Shown here one piece after another: positions 13,201-27,189 of a stretch of 64,000 nucleotides of DNA. Position 1 is the stretch's first letter. Each line of letters starts with the position of its first letter. Under the pieces are notes generated by a model that did not search any database, had not been told where the DNA came from, and worked only from the letters and a program-made list of their open reading frames with translations. Position numbers and translations under genes: made by a program. Origin of the DNA: Dipteris shenzhenensis (lineage: Eukaryota); NCBI GenBank assembly GCA_047967505.1, contig CM106538.1; one strand, 5' to 3'.

Positions 13201-15150
13201 TCTTGTGGTTCTAGTGCTATGGAAGTAGATAGAAGGGATAACCTTGTAATCATCTATGTAGTGATATCTTGAGCAATCGATTGGATCAAAGATACTTGAA
13301 GTAGAATAGCCTCTCCCTTTGTAGACCCTATAGTAGGTTCTTGTGTAACTACTACTACTAGTACATGTACAATTGTCGTTGTTGTTGCATACTCAATCCG
13401 TTTGGTTGTCCACACATGTTATCGTAATTGTAGAGGTTCATACTCATCCTTGAAGTAGGAAAGGGAAGGTTGGGTGTTGCGTTGCCAAAGCTTTGGTACC
13501 CAAATATTAGTGTTGCTATCGTAGTACCCTTGGACTATAGTTATGCTTTAGGTATCCATCAAGGTTGCCACCTTTGCATGGGCAGCACCTGTTTCTATAA
13601 ATGGCCCTTCTTGAAATAAAAATGTAGGTCTTGAGTATTGAGACACCAATAAAGGGAAATTCGTGGAATCTATAGTTGCTCTCCTTCAAAGTAATATTGA
13701 GCTTGTGGTAGATCGTCCCTCACCCAAATCTTCTTGTACTTTGTCTGTCCTGTGTTTGTGATGAGGACAGTTTTGTTGAACTCAATGTGGGATTCAAGGT
13801 TGATTGCATGAATTTTACTTATACTAGAGATACGGCCATTTTAGCCTCCTTGCAAAGAGACATTATTGAGGTTCGACCATCGTTCTTCATTTTAGTATGG
13901 CTATTCTTCAATCAATTTGACAATTAACACTCAAGCACCATACCCTACCCAAGATGACCTTTTCTTCAATTGTTTTGGTGGGCATGATAAAGAATTGACT
14001 TTCCACCACATGGTTATTAAAATTGAAACTTGAAGTGTAAAATAACCCATGGAATTCAGACCTAGCAATTAACGGTTGTAATTCTTATAGTAGTAGGGGT
14101 AAGAGTTACATGTTTTTCCCATACCTCATGTGTGGTGAAGTTGTGAGTTGCACCTTGATAAACTAATGCAATCATTGTATTCAAAATTTTATCACAAACC
14201 TATAAACTTACAAGCAACTTGGTAGGATCAATCGCTCATCAAAGATATCATCATCTACAAGAGTGCCTTGAGCCTATTCATCATATTGAGTGGTATGGTT
14301 ATGTCTTGCACCTTCTAATTAGGGTTAGCAATCTATGCTCCCCTCTTCTCTAATATGTCTATGGTTGCAAGTAAATGCATCCAATTGTGAGAAAATTCAG
14401 GTTCCAGGAATGGAGCATTCCAATGATTGTCTCAATCCTCACCCTCACTCCTCTCATTACATGCTTGGAATCATTAATTGATGTCATCAATTGAGTAGTG
14501 TCAGACTCCACTATGAATAGTTTCCTAGGCATAGGGTGAGCCTTCTATTCTTGGAGATACACCCTTATGACTTCCTCATTCTATTGTACCCATTCTACCT
14601 ATGCTCAAGTAAGAAACAAGGTTGCTAGACGCTCTAGGTTTAGTCCCGTCTACATACTCTCACTTGTCTTATCAAACAATTATTGCCTCCATCCGAGACT
14701 TCCATGTAGCATATTTGGAGTTGTCATGTTAGCAGATGTCTCTAGATAGAGCTTGCCACCAGATGTAGACATAATGCAAAAATGTAGGGGAAAATGAAGA
14801 AAATATTGTCTATGTGAACTATAACATGCTCTACTAGTGAAGATAGAAACTGCAATGTATCCAACCTATTACAAGGTTTGATGTGGAAACTTATTCTAGA
14901 AACAACCTTTACAAGGTTGAATGTGTGTACAGATGCCAAAAAATAGATGGTAAGGAAAAAATAGCTAATAACGATTTACAATGAAGGCATGTGAAGTGCA
15001 AAATTAGATAACGTGTACAATTTGCCCATTGATAAAATGCCAATGTAGATGAAAAGTGTGAACTCTGGTCACTATACTATGGATGATAAGGTCTCAAGAA
15101 ACATAATGAGTGCGAGACCGCATGTGAGCAAAGGGACTGACTCTGATAAG
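10250..15150 (-). mobile_element. Highly decayed internal region of an LTR retrotransposon (probably gypsy)
   Basis: Minus strand at ~14137-14172 reads IALVYQGATHNF (decayed aspartic protease ALVDSGATHNF). Internal direct repeats at ~11700/11870 and aagagtgtgg..attga.ag at ~12361/12525/12603. Extent uncertain. Confidence 0.45.
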
Positions 15151-15322
15151 ATATAGTCGGGTCAGAGAAAGGCCTCAATTAGTAGTTGTGGAGTTGAATC
15201 CCCTCTTAGATAACTTAATATACACTACACCAACCATCATAGCAATGAAAAGCAAGAAATTATTTATGTTTCTTAGTTCATTTTAATGTGTTACGGGTGT
15301 TGAGGATTCATCTCAAACTTCA

Positions 15323-15526
15323 TGTTATGATATGTGCATAGCACTAGCACAAAGAGTGCTAAAAAGGCACAGGGTTGGAAACCCTAATCCTAACCTAAAG
15401 GTATTGATTCTTTTCAACTAATATATTGTACAGTTAGTCATTTGTGGTGTGCTCTCTAGCTATGCCCTCTCTCCTCATCTCCACTCTTCTCCTCTCCCTC
15501 TTCATATTTGTTCATGGTATTAGAGC
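15323..15526 (+). mobile_element. Putative short 5' LTR (TG...CA, 15323-15514) with PBS
   Basis: Starts tgttatga, TATA-like ctaatatat, ends ttgttca, directly followed by TGGTATTAGAGC (tRNA-iMet PBS, one mismatch) and a GA-rich leader. Confidence 0.55.
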
Positions 15527-16858
15527 ATGGTTGTACCCTCTGTTGAGACGTCGTCCTATTGAGAGATTGAAAGATTGGGAGTTCTTGAATTTTCTTCATG
15601 AGAGTTCTCTTTCGGTGAGAGAAATTTTGTTCATGTGAGAGATTTTTGCTCATTAAGAGTTCATTCCTTTGAAGATAATCCATTCATCCTTTTCTCTATG
15701 TTAGAGTGATGATTCCTATTCATTTGATTAAGAGCTTTTGTGAGAGATTTATGGATTGATTGAGAGAGAGAGAGAGAGAGAGGCAGTGTCTTCTATTTCT
15801 TTGAGAGACTTCTGCCATGAGATAGAGACATTTTTTGCTTGTGTGAGATACGTGTTCTATTCTACTCTAAGAAGAGTCTCACATCCTTGAGAGATCCATT
15901 AAAAAGAGAGAGAGATCTGAGTCTACTTTGAGAGAAAAAACTATCTATTTCTTACCTTGGAAAGCCTATCTTATCGAGATTAGACTGTAAGAGCTACATG
16001 GAAGATTGCTTCGACACAAGCCATCAACAACTAACGAGTAGGATGCCTACATACAAGCGACACTTCAAAGAATTGACCAACAAGCAACTCAACGTCTACA
16101 GTGACTACACAGAGAACTTGGCAACATACAACCTACAACTACCTGAGCTCTGGCTATGACGTGACATGAAAGGAACCAAACTGCAACAGCTAGCAGCACC
16201 CATGAGATATGGCAAGCAACAAAACACATATGTAGTAGGGCAATAAGACTCGATAGCTACTATACACAAGCTGATAGCAACATGGAGGCTCAAGACAGCG
16301 AGATTGACAACATCTACTAGTAGCAACCTCAAGCGAACCTCCTTCAACGAGCTTGACTTCAAGCAAAGCAATCACAAGAATAAGCAAAAGACTTAATAAC
16401 ACATAGCTACAACTATAGAGATTGACACAACAACATCACCTAATCACTGGAAACTCAAGCAAAAGCATCAATAGGTGCAACAACTTGAAGGCACACAACC
16501 CAATTGAGCAACAAACAGTGCAAATCAAACCAACAACAACTCAACAAACTACTCAGTGACAACCAACAAAGCAACTAAAGCGCAACATGCAGCATCCACA
16601 TGAGGACACACAGGAAACAACTACAACAAGCAACAAGCGCGAGTGGGTGATGCACAAATGGAAGACTGGACACTTCAGCAACCCACCATGATTGAAGGCT
16701 ACATAGCAATGATGAGAATCGTAGACAGACTTTTTGAGGCAATGATAGAATCAAAAAGGAAAAGTAATTGGGCTTTCAATTTGTCTACACTCATTACATC
16801 ATGTGCAAATTTTGACACTTGCAGCAGCTTAAATTTTGAGCCTCTACATAAGACCCAC

Positions 16859-17247
16859 TGTTGAGATATGGTGCTATGAGCACATAATTAGTGGCTAAGG
16901 TATGGTATAGGAATGTATTAAAGTAGCCACCCTAGGATGTGGACTACAAGATGTGAGGATGTGGATCGAGGACATCCACAAGGAGAGATGTGGATGAGAG
17001 GATCCCACAAGTGTTGACTATTCTAAGGGCACTCTCTGTATAAGAGGCCTATCATGTATTTTTGAAGAGAGAAATGCACACACACTCAAGATTCTGTTAA
17101 TGAATCCAAGCTAATCTATCTTGGAACCTAATTGACTTGAGGTACATGTCATGAGCACTCTCTTCATTATGTTTCCACATAGGTTCCATCCACCTTAGAG
17201 CGCTCCATAGATCCTGAGACACACATGTTTTCTCATGGTATCAGAGC
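16859..17247 (+). mobile_element. Putative 5' LTR (16859-17235) with PBS
   Basis: TGTTGAGA...TTCTCA directly followed by TGGTATCAGAGC at 17236-17247. Confidence 0.6.
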
Positions 17248-18277
17248 ATAGGTTCAACTCTCCTAGTTTAGCTCATTAGTAGTTCACTAGAATTGCTCAC
17301 ATTCCTAGATTAGTTTCAGAATGTAAGATTAGTTTTAGATCTCGAGAGTTCTTCATTGTGAGAGATCCATTATTGAGGTGAGAGAGAGATACCTATCCTA
17401 CTATTCTCAGTGCATTCCTCCATTTCTTCATGACTTGAAGCAGTTGTACAACTTGTACCAATTGGCAGTAGCAGCAAATAAAAGACAGATAACCTCTGCA
17501 ATAAGCAAATCGGCCAAAGCAGCTTAAAAGCAAATGGGTTGTGATCTCACATCGGCAAGTCAAGCCTCTACCAGCCCCGATTGGTCATGGTGTAAGCAGC
17601 ACACTTATTGAATGCAAAACTTTGCAAGGCAAAGGATGGACCGTGCTAGACACTATGGATTTAGGTGAGGTGTCCACGAGAAGTGTTCCAGACGAAGATG
17701 CAAGAAAGAAGGATCCAAGGTGCCTAAAACTAGAGTATCCCGCGTAATCTCTTTTGGCTCCACAGATTGCTAGACAACAGACAATCCATTGGATTTGTCG
17801 AATGGTTCAGTTGCAAACCACTCAAAACTATAATCCTAGGGACAAGACACCAATCCGATTCAACCGAGCTAGCATGGATCTCCTCTCGTCTAGGTGGTAT
17901 AAGTAGATGAAAATGCGAACTTTGCATGTTGCAAAATGGATTACCGGCAACAATAAGTCCTAGATTTATGGTGCATGGATTCAAAGATTAAAATCTTGCT
18001 CATTCTATTGTCATATCCAATTGCCAATCGTTGCATGAGATTGAAAATTCACAACTCTAATAGAAATCTTGTATCTAGGCATTGTACAGCAATGCTATGG
18101 AATAGTACATTGTTTCACAAATAATAAAACCTCTATAGTGCCCTTACTTCTTCAGTACGGTCTTTTAATAAATATCAATCCATTATATACATTTGTTTTG
18201 ATTTTGCAACAATGATTCACATATAGTGCATTGTCCACTAAGTGAGGGTCCATATTACTCGCTTGAATATGATTTAA

Positions 18278-18500
18278 AATGGCATCTAGAAATGATGGTC
18301 TTGTAAAAGTCTTACTTGAGGTGTCCTCTTTGACAATCTTACTAAAAGTTGCTCCTTTTAATTATAACTTGTGCATGTGGTGCTTGCAACCTAGAGAACA
18401 TGAATGGCATCTAGAAATAATGGTCTTATTTTAGGCATCCTCTTTCACAATCTTATAAAAAGTTGCTCCTTTTAGTTGTAACTTGTCCATGTGGTGCTTT
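18278..18500. repeat. Tandem duplication, ~110-125 bp
   Basis: aatggcatctagaaat.atggtctt...aaaagttgctcctttta...aacttgt.catgtggtgctt at ~18278 and ~18403. Confidence 0.8.
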
Positions 18501-19703
18501 CTTAAAAAGGGGGAGCCTAGGTCTAATGACAGTGGGAGTTTAGTGGGGTTGCCTAGATTTTGTATTGGGAGCGTGATGAGGTGTGTTGCGCATTTCTTTT
18601 AGAGGTAATGTTTGCTAGTGCCATTGTCATACAACTTACCTCGCTCTTGCACATCAACTCCCAGTGACATCAGATTCATGAAAATTGAGCAAATAGATGC
18701 CCTAATGGAAATATAGTTTTTGTGCTTACTCACCTAACATTCTAGGGTTGCTATCAATATTGACAGGCTTCCAATCTATTGTTGAATGGCCCCCTCCACA
18801 CTCTTCACTATAGCCTCTGTTGAGATACCCTGAGCATCGAAAATCACATTCTCAAAGGAATGATAACCGGGACTCACAATTGGAGCCCGTTGTCGAGGTC
18901 AAAGTTGGCCAAAAAAAGGACTCCCGATCGATTCTGATCGATTCTCCATCTTCGAGAAAATCCTCCTTGCCCATCCATGTCCCATCATGAATGAGAGCAA
19001 TGTCTCTCAAGAGCCCCAAAAGCTACCATCCTAATGAATCTCATCATGGATGCCGACCCTTTTTCGCCCATAGGAAAGTCCTTGTCAATGGGGATTGATA
19101 AGATAATATTTCAAGCTTGTCCAAAGAGACAAAATTCCTACTAAAAAAGGAGGGGAGGCTAGCCCAACAAAATGTATTGTAGAGTGCTGTCTTTTCAAGA
19201 CATGCGTTTTTATGTTGTCATCTGCCATCCGTCCAATCCTACCTGCACCTTTCACAGACAGTGTTATTGACGTTGCTTCTACACGCTAGCTCCCTCACAC
19301 GCTCTCTTACTGTCTTTCTTTCTATTTGCAATCTGAAAGAGAGTGTTGCCCTGCAGCTACATGTTGTCTCCTTGTATCTGCAGTTCCTCATCTCCAGTAC
19401 AGAATTATAGTGGCCCTCTCACTGCAGCTAGCTAGCTAGCTACATGATGATGTTTCTCTGTTGCTTCTTCTTCTTGGAAAGGTGATTGAGCAGCTTAGCT
19501 TGCACACTCGGGAAGTGTTCCAGTGCCCTTCCCCTGAGGAGGAGGAGGAGGAGGAGGAGCATCCTAAGTAGGTACTCGTCCGTTGCAGCTCCCTCCCTCC
19601 TTTGTCAGATTGCTCACGGGAGGAGCTGCCCCTCATCTCACGTATCACTCTTTCCTTGCCCTTTCTTCTCCTACTCTTTCTTCTACAAAACCCCTGTTTC
19701 TGA

Positions 19704-19832
19704 ATCTGTAGTCCTGGCTCTCAGCAGGCAAGAATTGGGCTTTCCTTCTTAGCTAGCACACTTCACCCTCAGTGCCAATCTGTAGTCCTGGCTCCCAGGC
19801 AAGAATTGGGCATTCATTCTTAGCTAGCACAC
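19704..19832. repeat. Direct duplication (~58 bp) upstream of the DUF1191 gene
   Basis: aatctgtagtcctggctc...aggcaagaattgggc.ttc.ttcttagctagcacac at ~19704 and ~19777. Confidence 0.8.
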
Positions 19833-19881
19833 TACTCCCGCAGTGCCACCTTGCTTGCTCAGTGGAGCAGGACGTGTTTCC

Positions 19882-21117
19882 ATGGCGGATTCGAGGTTCT
19901 TTGTTCACGCTGTTGCTGCGCATCGTAGCTCAGCTCAGCAACACCGTCTTCACTTCGGAGGAGCCACTCACGGCGAAGGTAAGGAGAGGCCCTTCCTCCT
20001 TTCTCCAAGTTCCATGACAGATTCTAGCGTCCGTGATCAGGCCGTTGCTCCGCTTCTCATCTCAGCAGAGCAAGATAGCTGTGTTGGTGCCCTTAGCGAA
20101 GCTTATAAGAATGGCCACTACTCGTTCTTTCTACTTGCCTGCTGCTTCTTCTACCTTGTAAGCCTCTCTGTGGCTTCGAGTAATGCCACACAATCTGTGC
20201 AGGTTGCCAACAATGGCGACAGAACCGATATCTCCGATTCCGTTGTGAATTCCGTTAGACGAGAGGGCGTGGATAGCTCGCTACGCAAGTACGCATTTCT
20301 TGCCGTCTCTCAAGTAGACGCAGGAACCGTATTCGATGTCAGTTTGACTCCCTTCCTCAGTGGAATCAAGGCCGAAGCAATTCGACTCGAGTCTGATACT
20401 CTCAAGGAACAAGGCCTCACTTTCAATGAGTTTTCCATACCACAGGGGGCTGAAATTGATTCGAATAGCTTTCTCCTCCTGATCTATCGCAAGATCTTCA
20501 ACTTCACCGTGTACTCGCTGCCCTTGCAATACGAATTCGGGGGCCCTGTCGTGGGTATTATCAGCTACTCACCTCCCAACTTTACCACCGACGATCCCAA
20601 TCTTCCCCAAGTACCTGTTACCTTTCCAAACAGCTCTATCAGCGTTCATGTACCTCTCTATCCTTCATACGCCCAAGCAGTTCCACTCTGTGCTTTCTTC
20701 TCTGCCGATGGCAGCGTGACCTTCGGCAATGTCACCTCCTTACCGAACGTATGCATGTCCGCGACTCTTGGAGACGTTGCTTTGGTCTTTCTATCTCAAG
20801 ATTTGCCTTCCAAACAGAGCTCAACCCCTGCACTTACGACTCTACAAACTCCGTTGCGTGGAAGGAAAGTCGCTCGACATTGGAAACTTGCAGTGGGGGG
20901 TGTTTGCGTAGCATTTGCAGGCGTGGCTCTTTGTGTTGTCATTTCAGGTGTAACTGTGAGACTGGCAGAGCAGATGAAGGTGGCTATCATGGCCCATTTC
21001 GCAGACAATGAAGAGGCGCTGCAGACATCTTTGATCGGAATCAGCAGGCCACCAACAGCAGCAGTTGTGCGAACAAAACCCACTTTAGAGATGGACATGG
21101 CTCGCTTCAGAGACTGA
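19882..21117 (+). CDS. DUF1191 (PF06697) family plant membrane protein, intronless; alternative ATG at 20014
   Basis: Hydrophobic signal-like segment, then LRKYAF, LSGIKAEAIRLES.TL...FNEFSIPQG, LLLIYR, PVVGIISY, a two-Cys region, a C-terminal TM helix and EEALQTSLIG.SRPPTAAVVRTKPTLE, matching the DUF1191 pattern. Confidence 0.85.
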   Translation: MADSRFFVHAVAAHRSSAQQHRLHFGGATHGEGKERPFLLSPSSMTDSSVRDQAVAPLLISAEQDSCVGALSEAYKNGHYSFFLLACCFFYLVSLSVASSNATQSVQVANNGDRTDISDSVVNSVRREGVDSSLRKYAFLAVSQVDAGTVFDVSLTPFLSGIKAEAIRLESDTLKEQGLTFNEFSIPQGAEIDSNSFLLLIYRKIFNFTVYSLPLQYEFGGPVVGIISYSPPNFTTDDPNLPQVPVTFPNSSISVHVPLYPSYAQAVPLCAFFSADGSVTFGNVTSLPNVCMSATLGDVALVFLSQDLPSKQSSTPALTTLQTPLRGRKVARHWKLAVGGVCVAFAGVALCVVISGVTVRLAEQMKVAIMAHFADNEEALQTSLIGISRPPTAAVVRTKPTLEMDMARFRD

Positions 21118-21857
21118 CTATTCTTTCTTGTCATGAAGTTAAACAGTGCTTGGTGGTTTGCTTGCTAGACACAGAGAGTTGATGCTTTTCTGCTCTAGCA
21201 TCTGTACAATGGGTGGAATTCTCCCTTGATGCTGGTTCTGCTTTCTTGCCCAGGGAGGGGTGGTTGGATTCAGACTCCATTTTTTGGGAGTCTATCTTGG
21301 GTGTTTGCTTCTTCCAATGGAAGGAACTCCATTCAGTGGAGAAGGAAGAGAAATTGGTACTGACTTAACTTAAAACCTAGTGATGTACAGGTTAAAAGCC
21401 CATTATGTACTGCAGGAAGGTGGATCAACTGTCTAGAGTCAAAAAGCGAGTGTTGATTTTGTGAGACATTTTGTGACAAATTCCTCTGTGTTCTGAGTGA
21501 TTGGAACTGGTGAAGAAGAGCAATGTGTTCTGGGTGATCGGAACTGGTGAAGAAGAGCAATCCAATTGTGTTCTGGGTGAAGAAGAGCAATCCAATTAGC
21601 ATTGGAGGCCATCTGTTCAAAGTGATAGTAGTGGACTTGTGATCATAACTTTCTCCATGCTTGGGAAAGTAGAAGTATGCAGCCTTCATGTTTGGCCTGG
21701 ATTTTAATCTCTGTTTAGGCTATTTTTTGTGATTATTGAATGTATCAAAGCCAGGCTTGTATTTAGTAGTGAGTTTTGTATACCGTTGGTGGCCTGCCTA
21801 AGAGTTGACTTCCTCAACGATTTTTATGCCATATCTCTTGTAAGTTGTCTGAGCTCA

Positions 21858-23346
21858 TGGCAAATGATTATTTGACTTAACAACTCATATTTTAGTGTTT
21901 TTTTTTCACCACCCAAAACGCTTTCATTTCTTGGACTTAACTAGTCCATTCAGAGGTGCCTGAAATCTTATGTTGATTAATAAGGTCACATGGCCTTGAC
22001 CTAAGTGCTCTTGAAGCGCAGGCCTATATGGTTTGGCCATTGTTTTCAGCTTTAGCGTTCCCAAGAAAAAAAAGTCCTATGTATAAAAATGATAGTCTTT
22101 GGCATATACAACAATTTTTAACAAAGTGTCTCATCAATTTGTAAATATGGTATGCTATTACTTGTGACCTTAATGTCTAGACACTTCAAAAATTTTGCGT
22201 CGAGTTTCCCAACGTGAAATAACCCTCTACTACAAATGTTAACAATAGTCTTTATATGCAAAAATTTTGCACTACTTCCTAGCGCACAACAATTTTCCCC
22301 ACACATGGACCCTAGAGAAATGTTCTTCAGACACACTTTCCTATTATCTTTATATGTTCTTGCCAAGGGTTACATGAGCAAAACAATGCGAGGAATCTTA
22401 GTGCATGTGTGATGTCATAGCTCCAAATTATAGCATCTAATTTTGATGCAATGCCATCATAATTTGTATTCTTCCATTTGATGTATTTATATTCTCAAAT
22501 TCCCAAAACCGCATAGATAATGTAAAGCATATTGAGGCCCATGAACAAGTAATGTGAAAGCTTTTCTTGCTTTTCTAATACAAAATGGCTCTAAAATGAG
22601 CCCGCTTTCATTGGCAAATGATTATTTGACTTCACAACTCTTATTTTAGTTCTTTTTTTTTCACCTCCAAAAACGCTTTCATTCTTGGACTTAACTAGTT
22701 TGGTGCCTCAAATCTTATGTTGATTAATTAGGTCACATGGCCTTGATCTAGTTGCTCTTGAAGCACAGGCCTATATGGTTTGGCCATTTTTTGGCAGCTT
22801 TAGAGTCCCCATTAAGAGTCCTATGTATAAAAATGATAGCCTTTGGCTAGTACAACCGTTCTTAACAAAGTGTCTAATCAACTTGTAAATATGGTATGCC
22901 GTCGGTTTAGCAAATGTCACATTTATAACTGATAAGGATAATATGGAGGTTTGAGGGTCTATTACTTGTTACCTTAATATCTAGACACTTCTAAAGGCAA
23001 AAAAAATTGCGTTGAGTTTCCCAATGTGAAATAACCCTCTTGTAAAAACATTGCACTACTTCCTAGCACACAACTTTCCCCACACATAGACCTAGAGAAA
23101 TAATCTTCATACGTAGTTCTATATATGTTTTTACCAAAGGTTAACAATGTGAAGCATCTTTGTGATGCCATAGCTCCAAATTATAGCATCTAATTTTTAT
23201 GCAATGCCATGATAATATTCTCTTTTGTATTCTTCATTGATTTATATATATCCTCAAATTTCCAAAAATATTGAGGCCCATGAACAAGTAATGTGAAAGC
23301 TTTTCTTGCTTTTCTAATACGAAATGGCTCCAATATGAGCCCGCTT
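21858..23346. repeat. Tandem duplication of a ~750 bp unit (two diverged copies, boundary ~22611)
   Basis: tggcaaatgattatttgactt.acaactc at ~21858 and ~22612; both copies end aaatggctc.aa.atgagcccgctt; colinear in between. Confidence 0.9.
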
Positions 23347-24699
23347 ATATTGGTATTTTGCAACATCATTGCTTAGGTCCCCCCAAATAAAAAAAGTTTC
23401 AAAAGTGTACTAAATTAATGGCATGCTAAAGGAAAGGAGAGAGGTAAAGAGGAGAGTTAATAATGACATTCCTCTATCTATAAGGGGAGGGGACCCTCCC
23501 TTCTTATTTATGAGGCTAAGAATTTAAATCCCTTTTAGTGGACTCTTTCACTTCAAAACCCTTTTGAAACGCCCTTACTTGAATTTTTTTCATACATCTT
23601 CATGTAGCTTAGTAGAAAGGCCCTTATGAGTTGAGTTCACGTTCCTCCTTTTTATGGAATTTTGAAGCTTTTCAAATTTTCTCCTTGGGCCAAGTTGTAT
23701 GTATGGGATAACTTGTTCAGATTAAGGGCCTTCGGAATAAGTGGATGGGTTATATAAATGAAAAAACTAATGGAGGAATTGGCTGAGAGCCGCGATCCAT
23801 ATCCCTAATTGTTGCACATAGATGCTTTTTATTTTCATTGCCAACCTAGGAGCTGTTGTCTCCCGTAAAGAGTGTCTTTGCATAGTCCAAGGAAATCATT
23901 GATCCATAAGCCACAATCGAGCACTTTTCATGAACATGTGCACAAAGGATCATAGGCCAATACATTACCTCCCTGAAATTGGTTGTGAGAGGCCCTAAGG
24001 ACAATATTGAGGTTTACCATGCTACGTGCTTCACTTGCTTTCTCGCCAATTCGCCTTGACTATTCAGATCCTTATTTGCCAGATTGAATAATTTATTACA
24101 AACTATACCCAACATCTTCTTCATGCCAAGCAAGCTTTGTATCTTTGAACTTTAGTTGCCACAATTGTCATCTCATTCTCATAATGATAGGGCAATCAAG
24201 ATATGAATTTATGTATGTTTACTAACTATTGCTCATCTAGTATCCTTCCCTCTTGTACCTTTATTTATGTTCACCCATGGAACCCTTACCTTAGCTTTTG
24301 CCCAAAAACTTTAAAAATCCAATCTTTGATGTAAGACAAGAATGTGTCTAATGACGACTTTTAAACATGCTATTTGAACTAGATGACTTAATTGCCTAAA
24401 TACAACACCCTAATGGTGTGCAAATAGTTGATGATGGCTCCAAAGTACGTCCAACGTGCCAAAATTTTATTAAATTTGTAAACCTCATGTGCTTGAAGTC
24501 TTAACAAAGACTCGATTCAGTGGGGCCTTAAAAGAATCATTTTTATAGTTGGGGTGAACATGGGTCTTAGGGTGACCTTAGAATTAAGTACTTGTGAATA
24601 AACTTTGGGCAAAGTCTTAACATAAAGAGACACATTTATAGGTTAGGTTGCTACACCTCACTCTCCTCCCCCTCTCTCTCTCCCTCTCGAGGAGATGAA

Positions 24700-26810
24700 G
24701 GTTAAGAAAAATAGTGTGGAAAAGCTAGGGTCGACTACTCCAAGGAGTTGAGCTCTCCTATCAACTTCCCTCCACTTCCCAATCAAAAGGAGTGCATAGC
24801 CATGGAGGAGATGCAAAGAATAATGCTAGGCAATACAATGCAATACAATACAATACAATACGAAATATTAAAAGAAGCAACTAGCCCACCTAAAGAAAAC
24901 GTACCAAGCATTGGAGATGCACAATATTCCATGCAATAACAATAATTTGAATGCTCAAAAGCTTGACAGATCTCTAAAAACCCAAATGATAGACTTTCTT
25001 ATTATATTGTCTTCATTGGTCATTGTAAAGTTGGTATAGAAGAGTTGTGAGCTAAAGGAAGAAGGAAGTAGGCATCAAGCCTTAGTAAGGGGGATACCAA
25101 AGACATCACGTCTATTGCAAAGCACATTTTGTCTTTGTACATAGGGAAGGATGAAACCATTGTGGATGTTTTAGCTACTACAATAGACTTTCTTTTATGG
25201 TGATTGAGACGGATGTCATGCCCTGGCAATTGAAAAAGATTAGGCTGTATATGAGGCTATGTTGAAGCCTCCCTCCAAACAAATGGATGGGTATACCATA
25301 TTTATGCTTATGCTTATTTATGATTAAGTCTATTGCTCCTATTTTTCAATGGCATATTGGCACATATGGACACTCATTGGTAATCTTGGTTTGGAAAAGA
25401 ATGGAATTAACTGAATGTTTCTGCACATGAGATTATAGTATTGAATCCATGAATAAAATAGCACTCACAAATCATAAAGCTTCTATAAATGTGGATTTAA
25501 ACTATCTCTCATAAAGCTTCTATAAATGTGGATTTAAACTATCTCCTAACTCCTCTTATAGAACAACTTCCATGAGCACCTTGCTTAGCTCTCAAAAAGG
25601 TAAATGCCAACAACAAGAGACTTGTGAGCAGAAGGGATGAAAAGTGTCCTTATTGGTGGCTATAGCTACCAGGAGTTGAAAAGTTGATTTCTTCAAACAA
25701 GGGTGGTGAAGGAGATAGATCACATTGGAGGTTCTTCTATAGGTAAATTAGGTTATTTTGCCATAGTGCATGAAGCTCCTTCTAGTAATTTGGATATCTC
25801 TTTGAACAAAATATAGAGAGCAAGACAAGGATAGGTAGCCATGGATGATGGTGACTTGTGGACATCAAAGGAGGGGGAAAAGAGTGCATATGTTTTTCTA
25901 TCAAACCTACCAAAATCCCCCATTGTCAACACAAACACATATGTAGGCATGCTCATTAAGATAGAAAGGAGACTTTCTCTCAAGAGAGCAAGTGGCCACT
26001 TTAGAAAGCCAAGGACTTTCACTTCTTTCAAGAAGGGAAAGAAAAACACCATGCCCAACTCGTATTTCACACATAGAAGACCAAGCAAGTACATCAATGA
26101 AAGGGGTAGGATCCCTCCCAAAAGTTTGCATGGACCGAGGGTGCACAAACGACATGTGTCCTTCTAGTAGTAATGGTGTAACCAATGGTAGTAGAGGACA
26201 TGCCACTAGCAACTAAGCAAAGATGACAACCATTATTAAGAGCCAAAGGCTCTAGATTATTTGAAATTGGTCATCAACCTTTTAGCCAAATGCTCCATGC
26301 TCAATGAGAACACCCAATTTGGGTGGAAATATTGGATCTATTGTGAGCTTTTTGCAATTAATTTGAGTAGCTCTATAGGGGAAAAGTACTAGAAATGCAA
26401 AAAGAACCCTTCTTGAAATCCCAAGGCTCACCCTAGGATCTATATTGAGATGGGCATTCCATCGGATTTATCTATTTCAAGCCAAGTATAATCCCAAGGC
26501 ACTACTGATTGTGCACAAGAATCTTCCTAATGACTAGGCCATCTAGTCAAAGAATGTCATCTTACAAGAGGTGAGTAAATGAATTAGGAGTATAGATCGA
26601 TAGAGGATCATGCACAAGTTAAAGCAAAGAATATGGAGGAGAGCATCAAACAAGGCAGCTCAATTGAGAGATCCAACGAGAATGGCGAGGGCTAATTCTA
26701 GCAAGAAGAAAATGGGATGGAGAAGGGCAACAAACACAAATGAAGTAAGTGGAATAGAGACTAAAAAGGCAAAGCTAAGGAATAGATATATGGTTTTGGA
26801 ATAGCTAGAA
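24700..26810 (+). mobile_element. Decayed LINE ORF1-like remnant, possibly interrupted at ~25780-26250
   Basis: Fragments FFKQGW, PIWVE and PKAHPRIYIEMG resemble the ORF1 of the LINE at 30400-30900. Confidence 0.4.
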
Positions 26811-27189
26811 CGACTTGCTCATCAAAGGCCTTGACCCCTATTGTCAAGGATTTTCTGTGGAGAAAGTAGTGGCATGCATTTCATTGGAACCTTATTACTA
26901 CATAAAAGAAGGCTGGGGAATTGCATATTGAAGAAATGGCTCAAAAGTGTAGGGTGTTGTGTGCCAAAATGGTTTATAAAACATGGATGTAGACAACCTT
27001 GGGCCAAATTGGCAAGATTTTGGATTGGTAAAAATGGACCTATTGGAAATAAAGAACCATGGCAAGACATAGTACTATGTGATTTGTAGGTTAGAATTCC
27101 TCAGTCTGAGATCTTCAATAGGTTGGTGCAAGCACAGAAGGACAGTTTTGTAGGTGCTTCTTGGGGTATAGTCTCAGGTCAGAGTCTCA

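Noticed and set aside
15135-15150. Degenerate minus-strand PBS (gactctgataag)
   Set aside because: Too many mismatches and no clear adjacent LTR end.
25780-26250. Possible gypsy RT fragment on the minus strand (PTPFIDVL)
   Set aside because: One short motif only; too degenerate to support a call.
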